Positions 8,912 to 17,890 of a DNA stretch of 57,747 nt are shown here, in pieces. This stretch comes from a virus (taxonomy: Duplodnaviria; Heunggongvirae; Uroviricota; Caudoviricetes): positions 1 to 57,747 of the IMG/VR virus record IMGVR_UViG_2917393062_000003. One strand, given 5' to 3'. The notes below the pieces were generated by a model. That model was not told the DNA's origin. It did no database searches and saw only the letters and a list, made by a program, of their open reading frames with translations. Position 1 is the stretch's first letter. Every line of letters begins with the position of its first letter. A program made the translations under genes and the position numbers.

Positions 8912-9923
8912 AAAGGTGAAAACCGGCAGTTCATCCAGTAAGTCAGTATTGACCTGGCTTGCTGATATGTGCGGTGCCGATTTGTGTGCATACCCGTCAG
9001 TATCTGCACTGGCAGAAGTAACAGAACTAAACAAAAAAACTGTGCAGGACAGCTTACGACACCTGATGGAGATTGGGTTAATAGTTGATACCGGTGAGAG
9101 AAAAGGCCGAACAAAGCAAATTGTGGTGTACCGACTTATCGGTGTTGAAGAAAGTGTTGCTGAGCCTGAATACACCCAAAAACGGGAGTCTTTAAAGGTG
9201 GGTAAAATTGGTACTGTTAATAAAAACAGTGCCGAAAACGGTTATGTTTCAGCACCAAACAGACCCAAAAACGGAACTCTTTGCCGCATAGAAAATAACC
9301 AAAGACACCCAATTTTTCCATCAAAGACACCCAAAAACGGATCACGGAACCCAAAGGAACCAAAAGATCTAAACCCCACACATAACGCACGCGAGAGTGC
9401 TCCGATCAGTGATCGGGAAGTTTTGTCGCTACAGGCAACACCACCTGCATTCCTGGATGGCCTGAGCGAACCCATCGGAAAATTTCCGATGGCCGATGAC
9501 TGGCATCCGTCACGGGATTTTCGACGACGGGCTGCGTTGTGGGGGATGGCTCTGCCAGAGCCGGAATTTACACCTGCTGAACTTGCCGCATTCAGGGATT
9601 ACTGGACTGAGGAGGGTAAAGTTTTCACGCAGGTTCAGTGGGAGCAGAAATTCGCCCGTCACGTAAATCACGTCAGGGCGCAGGCTAAACCAGTCAGCAA
9701 GGGGGTAAACCATGCAGCAGCACCAGGTGGCACCGCATCACGGGCAGTTCAGGAAATTCGGGCAGCACGTGAGCAGTGGGAACGTGAAAACGGATTTATC
9801 AGCGACGGAAACGGCGTGGAAGCTGTGGGAACTCATGGGGGAGGTTTATTCGAACCGCTGGACCCAGAAGAACGGGGCCGCACCTTCGAAGCTCTGGATT
9901 GCACAGATTGGCGCGATGACTGA
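8883..9923 (+). CDS. replication initiation protein (O-like; N-terminal HTH, C-terminal DnaT-like region)
   Basis: N-terminal HTH SVSALAEVTELNKKTVQDSLRHL and C-terminal PEPEFTPAELAAFRDYWTEEGK; start chosen at internal ATG 8883. Confidence 0.55.
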   Translation: MSIDALRWAKKVKTGSSSSKSVLTWLADMCGADLCAYPSVSALAEVTELNKKTVQDSLRHLMEIGLIVDTGERKGRTKQIVVYRLIGVEESVAEPEYTQKRESLKVGKIGTVNKNSAENGYVSAPNRPKNGTLCRIENNQRHPIFPSKTPKNGSRNPKEPKDLNPTHNARESAPISDREVLSLQATPPAFLDGLSEPIGKFPMADDWHPSRDFRRRAALWGMALPEPEFTPAELAAFRDYWTEEGKVFTQVQWEQKFARHVNHVRAQAKPVSKGVNHAAAPGGTASRAVQEIRAAREQWERENGFISDGNGVEAVGTHGGGLFEPLDPEERGRTFEALDCTDWRDD

Positions 9924-10377
9924 GCAGCAAATCCGGCAGGTCTGCCGACAGTGCATGGACCGCTGCCGGGCGGGTGAAACATGGCCTCCGGACCTGGCTG
10001 AGTTTGTGGCGCTGATTTCGGAGAGCGGGGCAAATCCATTTGGTCTGACGGTGGATAACGTGATGGAGGAATATCGCCGCTGGCGCAATGAGTCCTGGCG
10101 ATACGACGGAAGCGATAAATATCCGTGGCCTCAGCCCGTGCTGTATCACATTTGTCTCGAGATGCGTTCAAAGGGGATTGAGCGGCAGATGACCGAAGGG
10201 GAGTTAAAACGGCTTGCAGAACGGCAGCTGACGAAATGGGCAAAGCATGTTGGTAATGGCCTCAGCGTTCCGCCTGTCCGGCGGCAACTGGCAGCACCAG
10301 AACGCCCGTCGGGGCCAACACCAATTGAGTTGCTGAAACGGGAGTATGAACGCCGGAAGGCAGCTGGTTTTGTATGA
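9712..10377 (+). CDS. replication protein P-like (helicase loader family); start uncertain
   Basis: C-terminal pattern WPPDLAEFVALIS...YPWPQPVLYHICLEM...ELKRLAERQL parallels lambda P; alternative starts at 9835 or 9916. Confidence 0.5.
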   Translation: MQQHQVAPHHGQFRKFGQHVSSGNVKTDLSATETAWKLWELMGEVYSNRWTQKNGAAPSKLWIAQIGAMTEQQIRQVCRQCMDRCRAGETWPPDLAEFVALISESGANPFGLTVDNVMEEYRRWRNESWRYDGSDKYPWPQPVLYHICLEMRSKGIERQMTEGELKRLAERQLTKWAKHVGNGLSVPPVRRQLAAPERPSGPTPIELLKREYERRKAAGFV

Positions 10378-10407
10378 ATTGTGAAGGTGATTTTTTCAGG
10401 AGGATTT

Positions 10408-10803
10408 ATGGCGAAACCTTTTACACCCGAACAACGGGAGGAGCTGAAGACTCGAATCATCGTTCTGGTGCGCAAAAATGGACGCATGACGATGTCGCAA
10501 CTGGAGAGAGCGACGGGAGCTGGCTGGCATTCGGTCCGACGCTGCCTTGTGGATGTACTGGTTTGTGGTGATTTATACATGTCCGGGGAATACGGTGTTT
10601 TTGCATCAGAGCAGGCGTATCGCGAATGGCGTAAGACACCGGAGAAAACAACTGACCAGACACTGATTCGAAAGTTACCAGACGGAGAAATACGCCGCTA
10701 CGACAGACATCTGAACATAATCTGTCGCGAGTGCCGGAAGAGCGAAGCTATGCAGCGTGTGCTGGCGTTCTATCAGGGTAATTTTCAGGAGATGATGTTG
10801 TGA
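10408..10803 (+). CDS. hypothetical protein
   Basis: ATG at 10408 with SD AGGAGG. Confidence 0.45.
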   Translation: MAKPFTPEQREELKTRIIVLVRKNGRMTMSQLERATGAGWHSVRRCLVDVLVCGDLYMSGEYGVFASEQAYREWRKTPEKTTDQTLIRKLPDGEIRRYDRHLNIICRECRKSEAMQRVLAFYQGNFQEMML

Positions 10804-11288
10804 GTGAGTCGGCTACCATTCTCGACATGTGCTGTGGCAGTCGCATGTTCTGGTTTGATAAGAATGACGAACGGGCGATATTTAGCGATATCAGAAAAGA
10901 AGAGCACACATTGTGTGATGGACGACGGCTGATAATTAGCCCTGACCTGATAGCAGATTTTCGAGCATTACCATTTGCAGACGCATCGTTTCCGGTTGTT
11001 GTATTCGACCCTCCGCATCTTGAGCGTATTGGTGATAAAGCCTGGATGGGAAAGAAATATGGACGGCTGAATAAAGATACCTGGCGTGATGATTTGCGGC
11101 GGGGATTTAAAGAAGCCTTTCGTGTGTTGTGGCCACATGGCGTTCTGATTTTTAAATGGAATGAAACGCAAATATCTGTCCGCCAGATATTGGCACTAAC
11201 CGACGCGAAACCAATCATCAGCCAGCGCACCGGTAAGAACGATAAAACACATTGGATTATTTTTGTGAAGGAGGCGACCAGTGGGTAA
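10800..11288 (+). CDS. putative DNA methyltransferase (N6-adenine type)
   Basis: 162 aa; LDMCCGSR (SAM-binding-like) and VVFDPPH (DPPY-like) motifs; GTG start overlapping upstream stop. Confidence 0.55.
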   Translation: MSESATILDMCCGSRMFWFDKNDERAIFSDIRKEEHTLCDGRRLIISPDLIADFRALPFADASFPVVVFDPPHLERIGDKAWMGKKYGRLNKDTWRDDLRRGFKEAFRVLWPHGVLIFKWNETQISVRQILALTDAKPIISQRTGKNDKTHWIIFVKEATSG

Positions 11289-11538
11289 ATCAAAATGCCA
11301 GGTTAATGGCAATCAGATAGAACCGTGTGCGGCATTGGCAAAAGCACTCGAATATGGAAATCCAACATTTAAGAGCAAAGGCATATTTATCCCGGGGCGT
11401 GTGAACATAAACACTGGCGAGCCAGGCTTAGACATTGCTCAAATTCACTCTGGTCAATATGTCGGTCGTGGCGTTGCAATGTGTTTTTGCCCGTTCTGTG
11501 GTGAAAGTCTGAAAACGTGGGAGAACAGAAATGAATGA
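11281..11538 (+). CDS. hypothetical protein with C-terminal CxxC pair
   Basis: 85 aa ORF, GTG start overlapping upstream gene. Confidence 0.35.
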   Translation: MGKSKCQVNGNQIEPCAALAKALEYGNPTFKSKGIFIPGRVNINTGEPGLDIAQIHSGQYVGRGVAMCFCPFCGESLKTWENRNE

Positions 11539-11842
11539 AATTAAAGAAATACCAGTAATGCGTGATGAATATGGCTGCTGGACGCATCCTGAATATGAAA
11601 AATTCTGTGACGGTCGGGAGTATATTTCAACGGAAGAGTTTAACGCATGGATGGAGGAAAATAATCTTCAATGGACCATCAGAACTATGGATGAAGATGA
11701 TTTTAATCTGGACGCAGATGGTCCCGATATTGCCTCCTGGAAACCGGAGCGCCCGGAAGGTGAAGGCTGGTTCATTGGTTCCATTCATGACACTGAAGAT
11801 GGTCCTGTTTGTGTATGGCTGAGAAATAAGGCTGAAGCATAA
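11531..11842 (+). CDS. hypothetical acidic protein
   Basis: 103 aa; ATGA overlap with upstream gene. Confidence 0.4.
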   Translation: MNEIKEIPVMRDEYGCWTHPEYEKFCDGREYISTEEFNAWMEENNLQWTIRTMDEDDFNLDADGPDIASWKPERPEGEGWFIGSIHDTEDGPVCVWLRNKAEA

Positions 11843-11971
11843 AGGCGATAAACCACCTGACAACAAAATACTGAAAATTTAAATCAGAAGTGGTTTTTAT
11901 TAAATCCTTAACCGGAGGGATTCTTGCACCCTCAAAACATCAGGAGGCCGCCCGAAAGGGCGGTAATAAAA

Positions 11972-12031
11972 ATGGCAGAATTAACTAAAGAATGGTTGCA
12001 ACAAACAATTACTGATATTCAGGTCAATTGA
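11972..12031 (+). CDS. 19-aa ORF resembling the N-terminus of the 12617-13321 protein (possible remnant or leader)
   Basis: MAELTKEWLQQTITDIQVN versus MTELTKEQLIEEAKL at 12617. Confidence 0.15.
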   Translation: MAELTKEWLQQTITDIQVN

Positions 12032-12039
12032 GGTGAGAA

Positions 12040-12210
12040 ATGCGAATGGAAAATTGTTTATTGCCGTATCTGGTGCGGTTTGGGGCGTCATCATTAACAG
12101 TTATTCCACATGTCATGATGGCTGACAATATTATCCCGGCACCGAAACGTCGTACCGGTATTGCAGCGGCACGACGTGCAGCAAAGAAACGCAGGAGAGC
12201 AAAACGATGA
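12040..12210 (+). CDS. small basic protein (56 aa)
   Basis: SD GGTGAG before ATG 12040; ATGA-coupled to next ORF; not in track. Confidence 0.3.
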   Translation: MRMENCLLPYLVRFGASSLTVIPHVMMADNIIPAPKRRTGIAAARRAAKKRRRAKR

Positions 12211-12395
12211 AAAACCGTAAAGCAAAAATTCTATTAGTTCGCAGAAACGAGCCTGGTGTCTGGCAGTGGGTAAAAATCAGCAACAGGCAGCTAGGATTAT
12301 TCAATTATTGCGGGCTTATGGGGAGCGGTTTTAGCAGAAAACCAAGTGCAGCCCAAAACCGCTGGAAAAACCACTTGCGTACTAAAGGAGAGTGA
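12207..12395 (+). CDS. hypothetical small basic protein
   Basis: 62 aa ORF, translationally coupled. Confidence 0.35.
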   Translation: MKNRKAKILLVRRNEPGVWQWVKISNRQLGLFNYCGLMGSGFSRKPSAAQNRWKNHLRTKGE

Positions 12396-12396
12396 T

Positions 12397-12624
12397 GTGC
12401 CTACATTATTCAGAAAAAAATATCCGCGAAAGAACAGAGCAACAGAATTCCTGTTTCTCATTCTGTTTATCGTGTTGATGATGCCGATATCCCCGTTAAT
12501 TCTGGTATGGGGAATCGGGAAAATAATTGAGCCAGTTATTGAATTGTATAACGACGTGGTATGGGCGTCGTTCAACACACTACACAATAAAATTAATCCG
12601 TATAAGGAAGACTCAAATGACTGA
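12397..12624 (+). CDS. small membrane protein
   Basis: GTG start with SD AAGGAG; hydrophobic FLFLILFIVLMMPISPLILVWGIG. Confidence 0.35.
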   Translation: MPTLFRKKYPRKNRATEFLFLILFIVLMMPISPLILVWGIGKIIEPVIELYNDVVWASFNTLHNKINPYKEDSND

Positions 12625-13321
12625 ATTAACCAAAGAACAATTAATCGAAGAAGCTAAATTAAAAATAGCGATTGCGAAATGCCACCTAAATTCAGGGATG
12701 GCACAGGTAGAGGGTGAGTTATTCAAAATTGCGCTGGCATCGCTGGAAGCAGAGCCTGTGGCGTGGAAGGCAACCTTCACGCAAATTGACAATGAATATA
12801 ATACGTTCACTGCTCTGTATTCTGACAAAGCAGAAGTCGAACGGTGGGTGCGACTGCATGAAATAGGTGACTTTCGGGCAGAAATAACACCGCTTTACGC
12901 AGCGCCGCCAGCGATGGTAGTGCCTGATGAAATGGATTTGCTTACCTGTCATCTCGACGGTGTAACTGAAACATATGCTGATGGCTGGAACGCCTGCCGC
13001 GTCGCCATGCTTCAGGCCGGAAGCTTTCGGGAAAATAAGAATTCGTCAACCAACAATTTTCGGGAAATCTCGGAAACGTCAACCAGCTCTCCGGGAACTC
13101 CGGCTGGCTGGATAAGCTGTAGTGATGCAGTTCCTGCGGAATACTGCGATGTGATTCTTCGCGATGATCTCGGGAATGTATTCCCCGGTTCCTGGGATAA
13201 GGTTTTTTGCCCCATTCGTGGCGGGAATAAGATGGCTTTTGTGGACAAAGACGGCATCGAAGTAGAGAGCTCAACTCACTGGATGCTGCTACCGGAACCA
13301 CCGCAGGAGGTGAATCAATGA
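12617..13321 (+). CDS. hypothetical phage protein (possibly DUF551-like C-terminus)
   Basis: ATG 12617 with SD AAGGAAG; C-terminal WMLLPEPP. Confidence 0.5.
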   Translation: MTELTKEQLIEEAKLKIAIAKCHLNSGMAQVEGELFKIALASLEAEPVAWKATFTQIDNEYNTFTALYSDKAEVERWVRLHEIGDFRAEITPLYAAPPAMVVPDEMDLLTCHLDGVTETYADGWNACRVAMLQAGSFRENKNSSTNNFREISETSTSSPGTPAGWISCSDAVPAEYCDVILRDDLGNVFPGSWDKVFCPIRGGNKMAFVDKDGIEVESSTHWMLLPEPPQEVNQ

Positions 13322-13401
13322 GCTGGCCTGAAGCATTCACCACGGTAGGAATCGCAATGGCGGTGGCGCTGGTGGTGTATTCGATTTGCCGCTGGGGTTG
13401 A
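13318..13401 (+). CDS. 27-aa hydrophobic peptide
   Basis: MSWPEAFTTVGIAMAVALVVYSICRWG; ATGA overlap with upstream gene. Confidence 0.25.
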   Translation: MSWPEAFTTVGIAMAVALVVYSICRWG

Positions 13402-13488
13402 CGTAATTACTAGTCCGGGGCTATATTTTCGACGCGCCAGCAAAATCTGGCGTCGGGATTGAGACCCCGGATGTTTACGGAGCGATAT

Positions 13489-13512
13489 GAGACGCGCCCG
13501 CGTCTTTTTTTT
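13489..13512 (+). terminator. rho-independent terminator ending the rightward early operon
   Basis: gagacgc-gccc-gcgtc followed by 8 T. Confidence 0.6.
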
Positions 13513-13675
13513 CATATCGTTTGCACAGTCATATTCGCGATTTATGGCGGGCTGTGTGGGGGAGCCGAAAGGCTCGCCGGTTTCCGTACCCGGTAGTCTC
13601 AACCCTGCACAGGTCGCCACCAGATGATTGAGACCAGAAGGTGGCGATAATGTCCAAATGTACGGAGTTATCGTT

Positions 13676-14221
13676 ATGACCACTCAAATTTCTGTCGAAA
13701 CTCTTTCCCCGATTACACACAACCAAATTCCCGTTATCACCACCGAGTTGCTGGCACAACTTTACGGCACGGATTCAGATAACATCAAAAAGAATTATTC
13801 GCGTAACGCAGATCGCTTTTGTGAAGGTAAGCACTTTTACAAAGTGATTGGTGATGAACTAAAGAATTTGCGGGTGACTTTAAGTCACTCACAAAATCCC
13901 ATCTCCCCAAAAACCCGCTCGCTCATACTCTGGACAGAACGCGGAGCAGCCCGCCACGCCAAAATGCTCGAAACCGATCAGGCGTGGGAAGTATTCGAAA
14001 AACTCGAAGACAGTTACTTCAACCAGTACGAGAAAGAGCGGGCTATGGGCAAAATGAATATCGATTTTCACCTGGCGATCCGTGACGATAAAACTGCTTT
14101 CATCCGAAGTTATGCGCCAGGTCAGCTGGTGACGGTTGAAGAAGCACTGACCTTGCTTAAATCGCGCGGTTGGCTGGTAATGCCGCGCGATGAACTGGCC
14201 GGAAAATTAATGGAGCTTTAA
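13676..14221 (+). CDS. ORF6N/KilA-C-like antirepressor-type protein
   Basis: start MTTQISVETLSPITHNQIPVITTELLA; about 90 percent nt identity to parts of 394-951 by eye. Confidence 0.6.
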   Translation: MTTQISVETLSPITHNQIPVITTELLAQLYGTDSDNIKKNYSRNADRFCEGKHFYKVIGDELKNLRVTLSHSQNPISPKTRSLILWTERGAARHAKMLETDQAWEVFEKLEDSYFNQYEKERAMGKMNIDFHLAIRDDKTAFIRSYAPGQLVTVEEALTLLKSRGWLVMPRDELAGKLMEL

Positions 14222-14229
14222 AGCAGATA

Positions 14230-14265
14230 CAAAAAACCCCTGCTGGTAAGGTCAGGGGTTTTTTT
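14230..14265. terminator. bidirectional rho-independent terminator
   Basis: cccctgctgg-taag-gtcagggg flanked by A-run and T-run. Confidence 0.65.
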
Positions 14266-14346
14266 GATGGTTTTCGCGAAAAGTGGTGTGAATTCGCATA
14301 TAACCACTGTTTTGTTGCTTGTACGGGCAGGCAACACTCAACAGGG
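14232..14346 (-). ncRNA. candidate antisense antitoxin sRNA of the ShoB-like locus
   Basis: minus-strand -35 TTGAAA / -10 TAATCT (forward 14350-14377); RNA would carry the complement of an 18-nt repeat also present in the toxin 5' UTR (14517-14534); ends at the bidirectional terminator. Confidence 0.3.
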
Positions 14347-14583
14347 TTAAGATTACTTAATTCTCCGCAAATTTCAAGAAATTATTAGCTTTTCCTGATA
14401 TCGCGAGTTGTGTAAAATGCAACTTGTTGAGAACGTTACTGTTATCAGAACAGGTGCTGAAACGGATTTTCCCCGGTGAAACAGGTGGTGCTGTCAGGGC
14501 TCTAACCTGGAAGATGGCAAGCAACACTCAACAGAAGCACGAATTGACTTTGGGGAAATGTAAGAGCCAGTCAATTCTGCCAC

Positions 14584-14599
14584 TTCCTTACGTAAGGAA
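14584..14599 (+). promoter_or_regulatory. perfect 16-bp palindrome sequestering the toxin Shine-Dalgarno
   Basis: TTCCTTACGTAAGGAA contains the AAGGA SD 6 nt before ATG 14605. Confidence 0.5.
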
Positions 14600-14604
14600 A
14601 ACGG

Positions 14605-14685
14605 ATGATGGACGCCCGACACCTGATTAAACAGGTAATCGAGATCATCATTGCTGTTTTACAGCTGATCCTGTTGTTCTTGTAA
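14605..14685 (+). CDS. ShoB-like type I toxin (26-aa hydrophobic peptide)
   Basis: MMDARHLIKQVIEIIIAVLQLILLFL; closely resembles recalled ShoB; long 5' UTR; not in ORF track. Confidence 0.6.
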   Translation: MMDARHLIKQVIEIIIAVLQLILLFL

Positions 14686-14932
14686 TAGCGGGAAACGTAA
14701 CTAAGGCGCGTCCAGTTTACCGACTGGCGCGCCTTTAACATATCCGGAGATTATCCGCTCAGCATTTTTTGCTTTAACAGATCAAGTTTTAGCCGATTCA
14801 GCCATTAAACCGACCTTCGTTTGTTGATAAGCGGGTATACCTGACTAGAATCGATTCACTTAAGTAGCGCGCAGGGATAAGAGGGATGGACCCTGAGAAG
14901 GGGAGAGCTATTTATCTGGAAGGATTCTGAAG

Positions 14933-15193
14933 ATGAAAATCGAAGAATTGCGTGAAATTTTTAGTGAAAATGGCCTCTATGCTGTGCGCGTTGAGAATGG
15001 ATCTATTGTCAGTTACTGCCGCATTAAATGTTTACAGTCTCAACAAAGGAAGAGTGGAGCTGTGTTAATTCATTTTGTGGACGGACTTATGACGGACGGT
15101 TTTATTTTGCGTGAAGATGAATTTGTCACATCATTACGGGGGCTGAAAGAGGCCGGGCTTAAAGCTGGCTTTTCTGCTTTTGAGGATGTGTGA
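14933..15193 (+). CDS. hypothetical protein
   Basis: 86 aa ORF with weak SD. Confidence 0.45.
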   Translation: MKIEELREIFSENGLYAVRVENGSIVSYCRIKCLQSQQRKSGAVLIHFVDGLMTDGFILREDEFVTSLRGLKEAGLKAGFSAFEDV

Positions 15194-15260
15194 ATTCAGC
15201 TACAATTCAGCACAGGGCTGAACCCCCTGTTGAGTAACACTGTGCCACCGGAGAAAGCCG

Positions 15261-15539
15261 ATGGCGCAAAATTCCAGACCACACAATTCTGATAATCTCG
15301 CCGTCCTTGCCAGCAGGCACGGGCGGCGTTCTCACGCATTCAAATATGACTGGTATCAGCACGATCCCTGCACTGAAGAACAGGCCGAATGGCTGATTCA
15401 GAACTACCGCAGACGTGGATATGAGTTTAGGAAAGCCCTCAGCCTCGATTATCTTCACTGGATAATCTACGTCAAGCTGCCGTACTCCGAGCGCCCACCG
15501 CGTCCGTCCCGCACATTCCAGCAACGGATCTGGAGGTAA
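15261..15539 (+). CDS. hypothetical protein
   Basis: 92 aa ORF with SD. Confidence 0.45.
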   Translation: MAQNSRPHNSDNLAVLASRHGRRSHAFKYDWYQHDPCTEEQAEWLIQNYRRRGYEFRKALSLDYLHWIIYVKLPYSERPPRPSRTFQQRIWR

Positions 15540-15540
15540 T

Positions 15541-16530
15541 GTGAGAGCATTACTGACACCTGAAATTGCCCCGCGTATGGGGATCGTACTGTTCAGGCCA
15601 GGTTCAGAGCTGATGCCCTTGTTTATGCAGGGGCGTGTCTTGCTGGAGCCTGAGCCGGAACGTTATTCATCTTTTGCCAGTGGTGTCGTTCCAGCGGCAT
15701 TACAACCGTTAGCGGATGATCCCGCTGTTCGGGCCGTATTCCGTAATGAGGCTGTGATCCATCGTGCTGGTGGAGTGGGATGTCTTGAAAGCTGGTTACT
15801 TCGTGAAAAAGGTTGTCAGTGGCCTCATTCCGACTGGCACAGCGAGAACATGACCACAATGCGTCACGTGCCGGGAGCAATCCGTTTGTGCTGGCACTGC
15901 GATAATCAGCTGCGCGATCAGTTCACAGAACGGTTGGAATCAATGGCAACGGATAACTGTGTTCGTTGGGTGTTGTCTGTTGTCCGTCGGGATCTCGGTT
16001 TTGATGAAAGTCACGTTGTGACAATGCCGGAACTGTGCTGGTGGCTGGTTCGTAATGACCTGGCGGATGCCTTACCTGAAAGCGCAGCCCGTAAGGCTCT
16101 GAGATTACCGAAGCCTGCTGTGCAGTCTGTCACTCGGGAAAGTGACCTCGTACCTTCAGTTCCGGCCACCAGCATCATCCAGGATAAAGCGAAAAAGGTG
16201 CTGGCGCTGAAAGTGGATCCGGAATCGCCGGAGTCTTTTATGTTACGCCCCAAACGTCGCCGCTGGGTTAACGAAAAGTACACGCGCTGGGTTAAGACAC
16301 AGCCGTGTGCATGTTGTGGTAAGCCAGCCGACGATCCCCATCACCTGATTGGTCACGGTCAGGGAGGGATGGGGACAAAAGCCCACGATATTTTCACGCT
16401 ACCGCTGTGCCGGGAGCATCACAATGAACTTCATGCTGATCCGCTGGCATTTGAAGAAAAGCATGGTTCCCAGATTGATTTAATTTTTCGTTTTCTTGAT
16501 CACGCCTTTGCAACCGGCGTGCTTGGGTAA
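15541..16530 (+). CDS. nin-region protein with C-terminal DUF968-like Cys/His motif
   Basis: 329 aa; C-terminal CACCGKPADDPHHLIGHGQGG...CREHHNELH; GTG start with SD GGAGGT. Confidence 0.55.
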   Translation: MRALLTPEIAPRMGIVLFRPGSELMPLFMQGRVLLEPEPERYSSFASGVVPAALQPLADDPAVRAVFRNEAVIHRAGGVGCLESWLLREKGCQWPHSDWHSENMTTMRHVPGAIRLCWHCDNQLRDQFTERLESMATDNCVRWVLSVVRRDLGFDESHVVTMPELCWWLVRNDLADALPESAARKALRLPKPAVQSVTRESDLVPSVPATSIIQDKAKKVLALKVDPESPESFMLRPKRRRWVNEKYTRWVKTQPCACCGKPADDPHHLIGHGQGGMGTKAHDIFTLPLCREHHNELHADPLAFEEKHGSQIDLIFRFLDHAFATGVLG

Positions 16531-16542
16531 AAGAGGTTACTG

Positions 16543-16902
16543 ATGCGTATAGAGCTTGTTTTGCCTTACCCGCCGACGGTGAACACCTACTGGCGACGTC
16601 GTGGCAGCACATATTTTGTATCAAAAGCCGGTGAGCGTTATCGTCGGGATGTGGCGCTCATTGTTCGCCAGCAGCGACTGAAATTAAACCTGTCCGGAAG
16701 GCTGGCAATAAAAATTATTGCAGAGCCACCGGATAAGCGCCGCCGAGACCTGGACAATATCCTGAAAGCTCCACTGGATGCGCTGACGCATGCGGGACTA
16801 CTCATAGACGACGAGCAGTTTGATGAAATCAATATTGTGCGTGGTCAGCTCGTTCCTGGTGGGCGGCTGGGGATAAAAATCACAGAGCTGGAGTGCGCAT
16901 GA
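16543..16902 (+). CDS. rusA: Holliday junction resolvase RusA
   Basis: 119 aa; DKRRRDLDNILKAPLDALTHAG matches RusA catalytic region. Confidence 0.85.
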   Translation: MRIELVLPYPPTVNTYWRRRGSTYFVSKAGERYRRDVALIVRQQRLKLNLSGRLAIKIIAEPPDKRRRDLDNILKAPLDALTHAGLLIDDEQFDEINIVRGQLVPGGRLGIKITELECA

Positions 16903-17588
16903 ATTACCAGTATTTACAGTTTGTTCGTGAGCAACTCATGATTGCCACCGCCGATTTGAGTGGAGCAACAAAAGGACAGCTTGAGGCCTGGCAGGAGAAT
17001 GCCATGTTTGAAACAGGGCGTTACAGGCGTAAAAAAATCCGGTACCGCGATGAAGTGACCGGAAAAATGATAACGCGGGATAATCCACCAATCCCGGGAA
17101 AACAATCGCTGGCGAAAGGTTCGTCAATTCCTCTGGTAAGTCAGGTTGAGTTTTCGACATCATCATGGCGACGGGCAGTTCTGTCTCTTGAAGAACATCA
17201 TAAAGCCTGGTTGTTGTGGTGTTACAGCGGCAGCATTTGCTGGGAACACCAGATCGCGATAACGCAGTGGGTGTGGCATGAATTTAACGCACAATCCGGT
17301 ACCAGAAAAATTGCAGGGAAAACGCTGGAGCGCCTGAAAAAATTAATCTGGCTGGCGGCACAGGATGTGAAGAGTGAGCTGGCTGGGCGTGAAACTTATG
17401 AATATCAGGAACTGGCATTACTGGCGGGAGTAACAACAAAAAACTGGTCCAAAACATTTACTGGTCACTGGGTTGCAATGAAACATATTTTCCACCGTCT
17501 GGATAGTGAGGCTTTATTGTTTGTGATGAGAACGCGTTCAGAACAAAAGGCGGCATTTTCAAAGCAAAGTGTTGCAAAAGTAGATTAA
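16899..17588 (+). CDS. putative late-gene antiterminator (Q-like), assigned mainly by position
   Basis: about 230 aa immediately after rusA and before a terminator and the lysis genes; no Cys4 zinc finger seen. Confidence 0.45.
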   Translation: MNYQYLQFVREQLMIATADLSGATKGQLEAWQENAMFETGRYRRKKIRYRDEVTGKMITRDNPPIPGKQSLAKGSSIPLVSQVEFSTSSWRRAVLSLEEHHKAWLLWCYSGSICWEHQIAITQWVWHEFNAQSGTRKIAGKTLERLKKLIWLAAQDVKSELAGRETYEYQELALLAGVTTKNWSKTFTGHWVAMKHIFHRLDSEALLFVMRTRSEQKAAFSKQSVAKVD

Positions 17589-17653
17589 AAGGCATATATT
17601 TCGTGCAAATCTGATATTTTGCCGATTTTGTACGCGATGGCAAAGTAAGCAAG

Positions 17654-17677
17654 GCCCGCCGCTGAGCGGGTTTTTTT
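17654..17677 (+). terminator. rho-independent terminator (tR'-like) downstream of Q-like gene
   Basis: gcccgc-cgctga-gcgggt followed by 7 T. Confidence 0.6.
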
Positions 17678-17890
17678 ATGTCTGAAAAACGGCACAGGGC
17701 GTTAAACACGCTGGTGGTTGCGCAGTGAGCGGTTTGAGCAGGCGGTGAGTGAGATAAGAGAAGTTCTGACATGTAAAGCCGTTGGTTGATTAATGCTTAT
17801 TTTTTTATAAGTCTTATTGCAATATATAAGTGTGGGGTGTAAAGTTATTCTCGAAATAATCATGTTTTCTCACGAATCAGAGGGGGGATA

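Noticed and set aside
9799-10243. Minus-strand ORFs of 116 and 136 aa inside the P-like gene
   Set aside because: Pro/Arg/Ser-rich antisense frames of a GC-rich coding region with no RBS.
13405-13512. Independent small RNA gene between the DUF551-like gene and the ORF6N gene
   Set aside because: The two hairpins, the second with a T-run, are most simply the terminator of the rightward early operon; no separate promoter was found.
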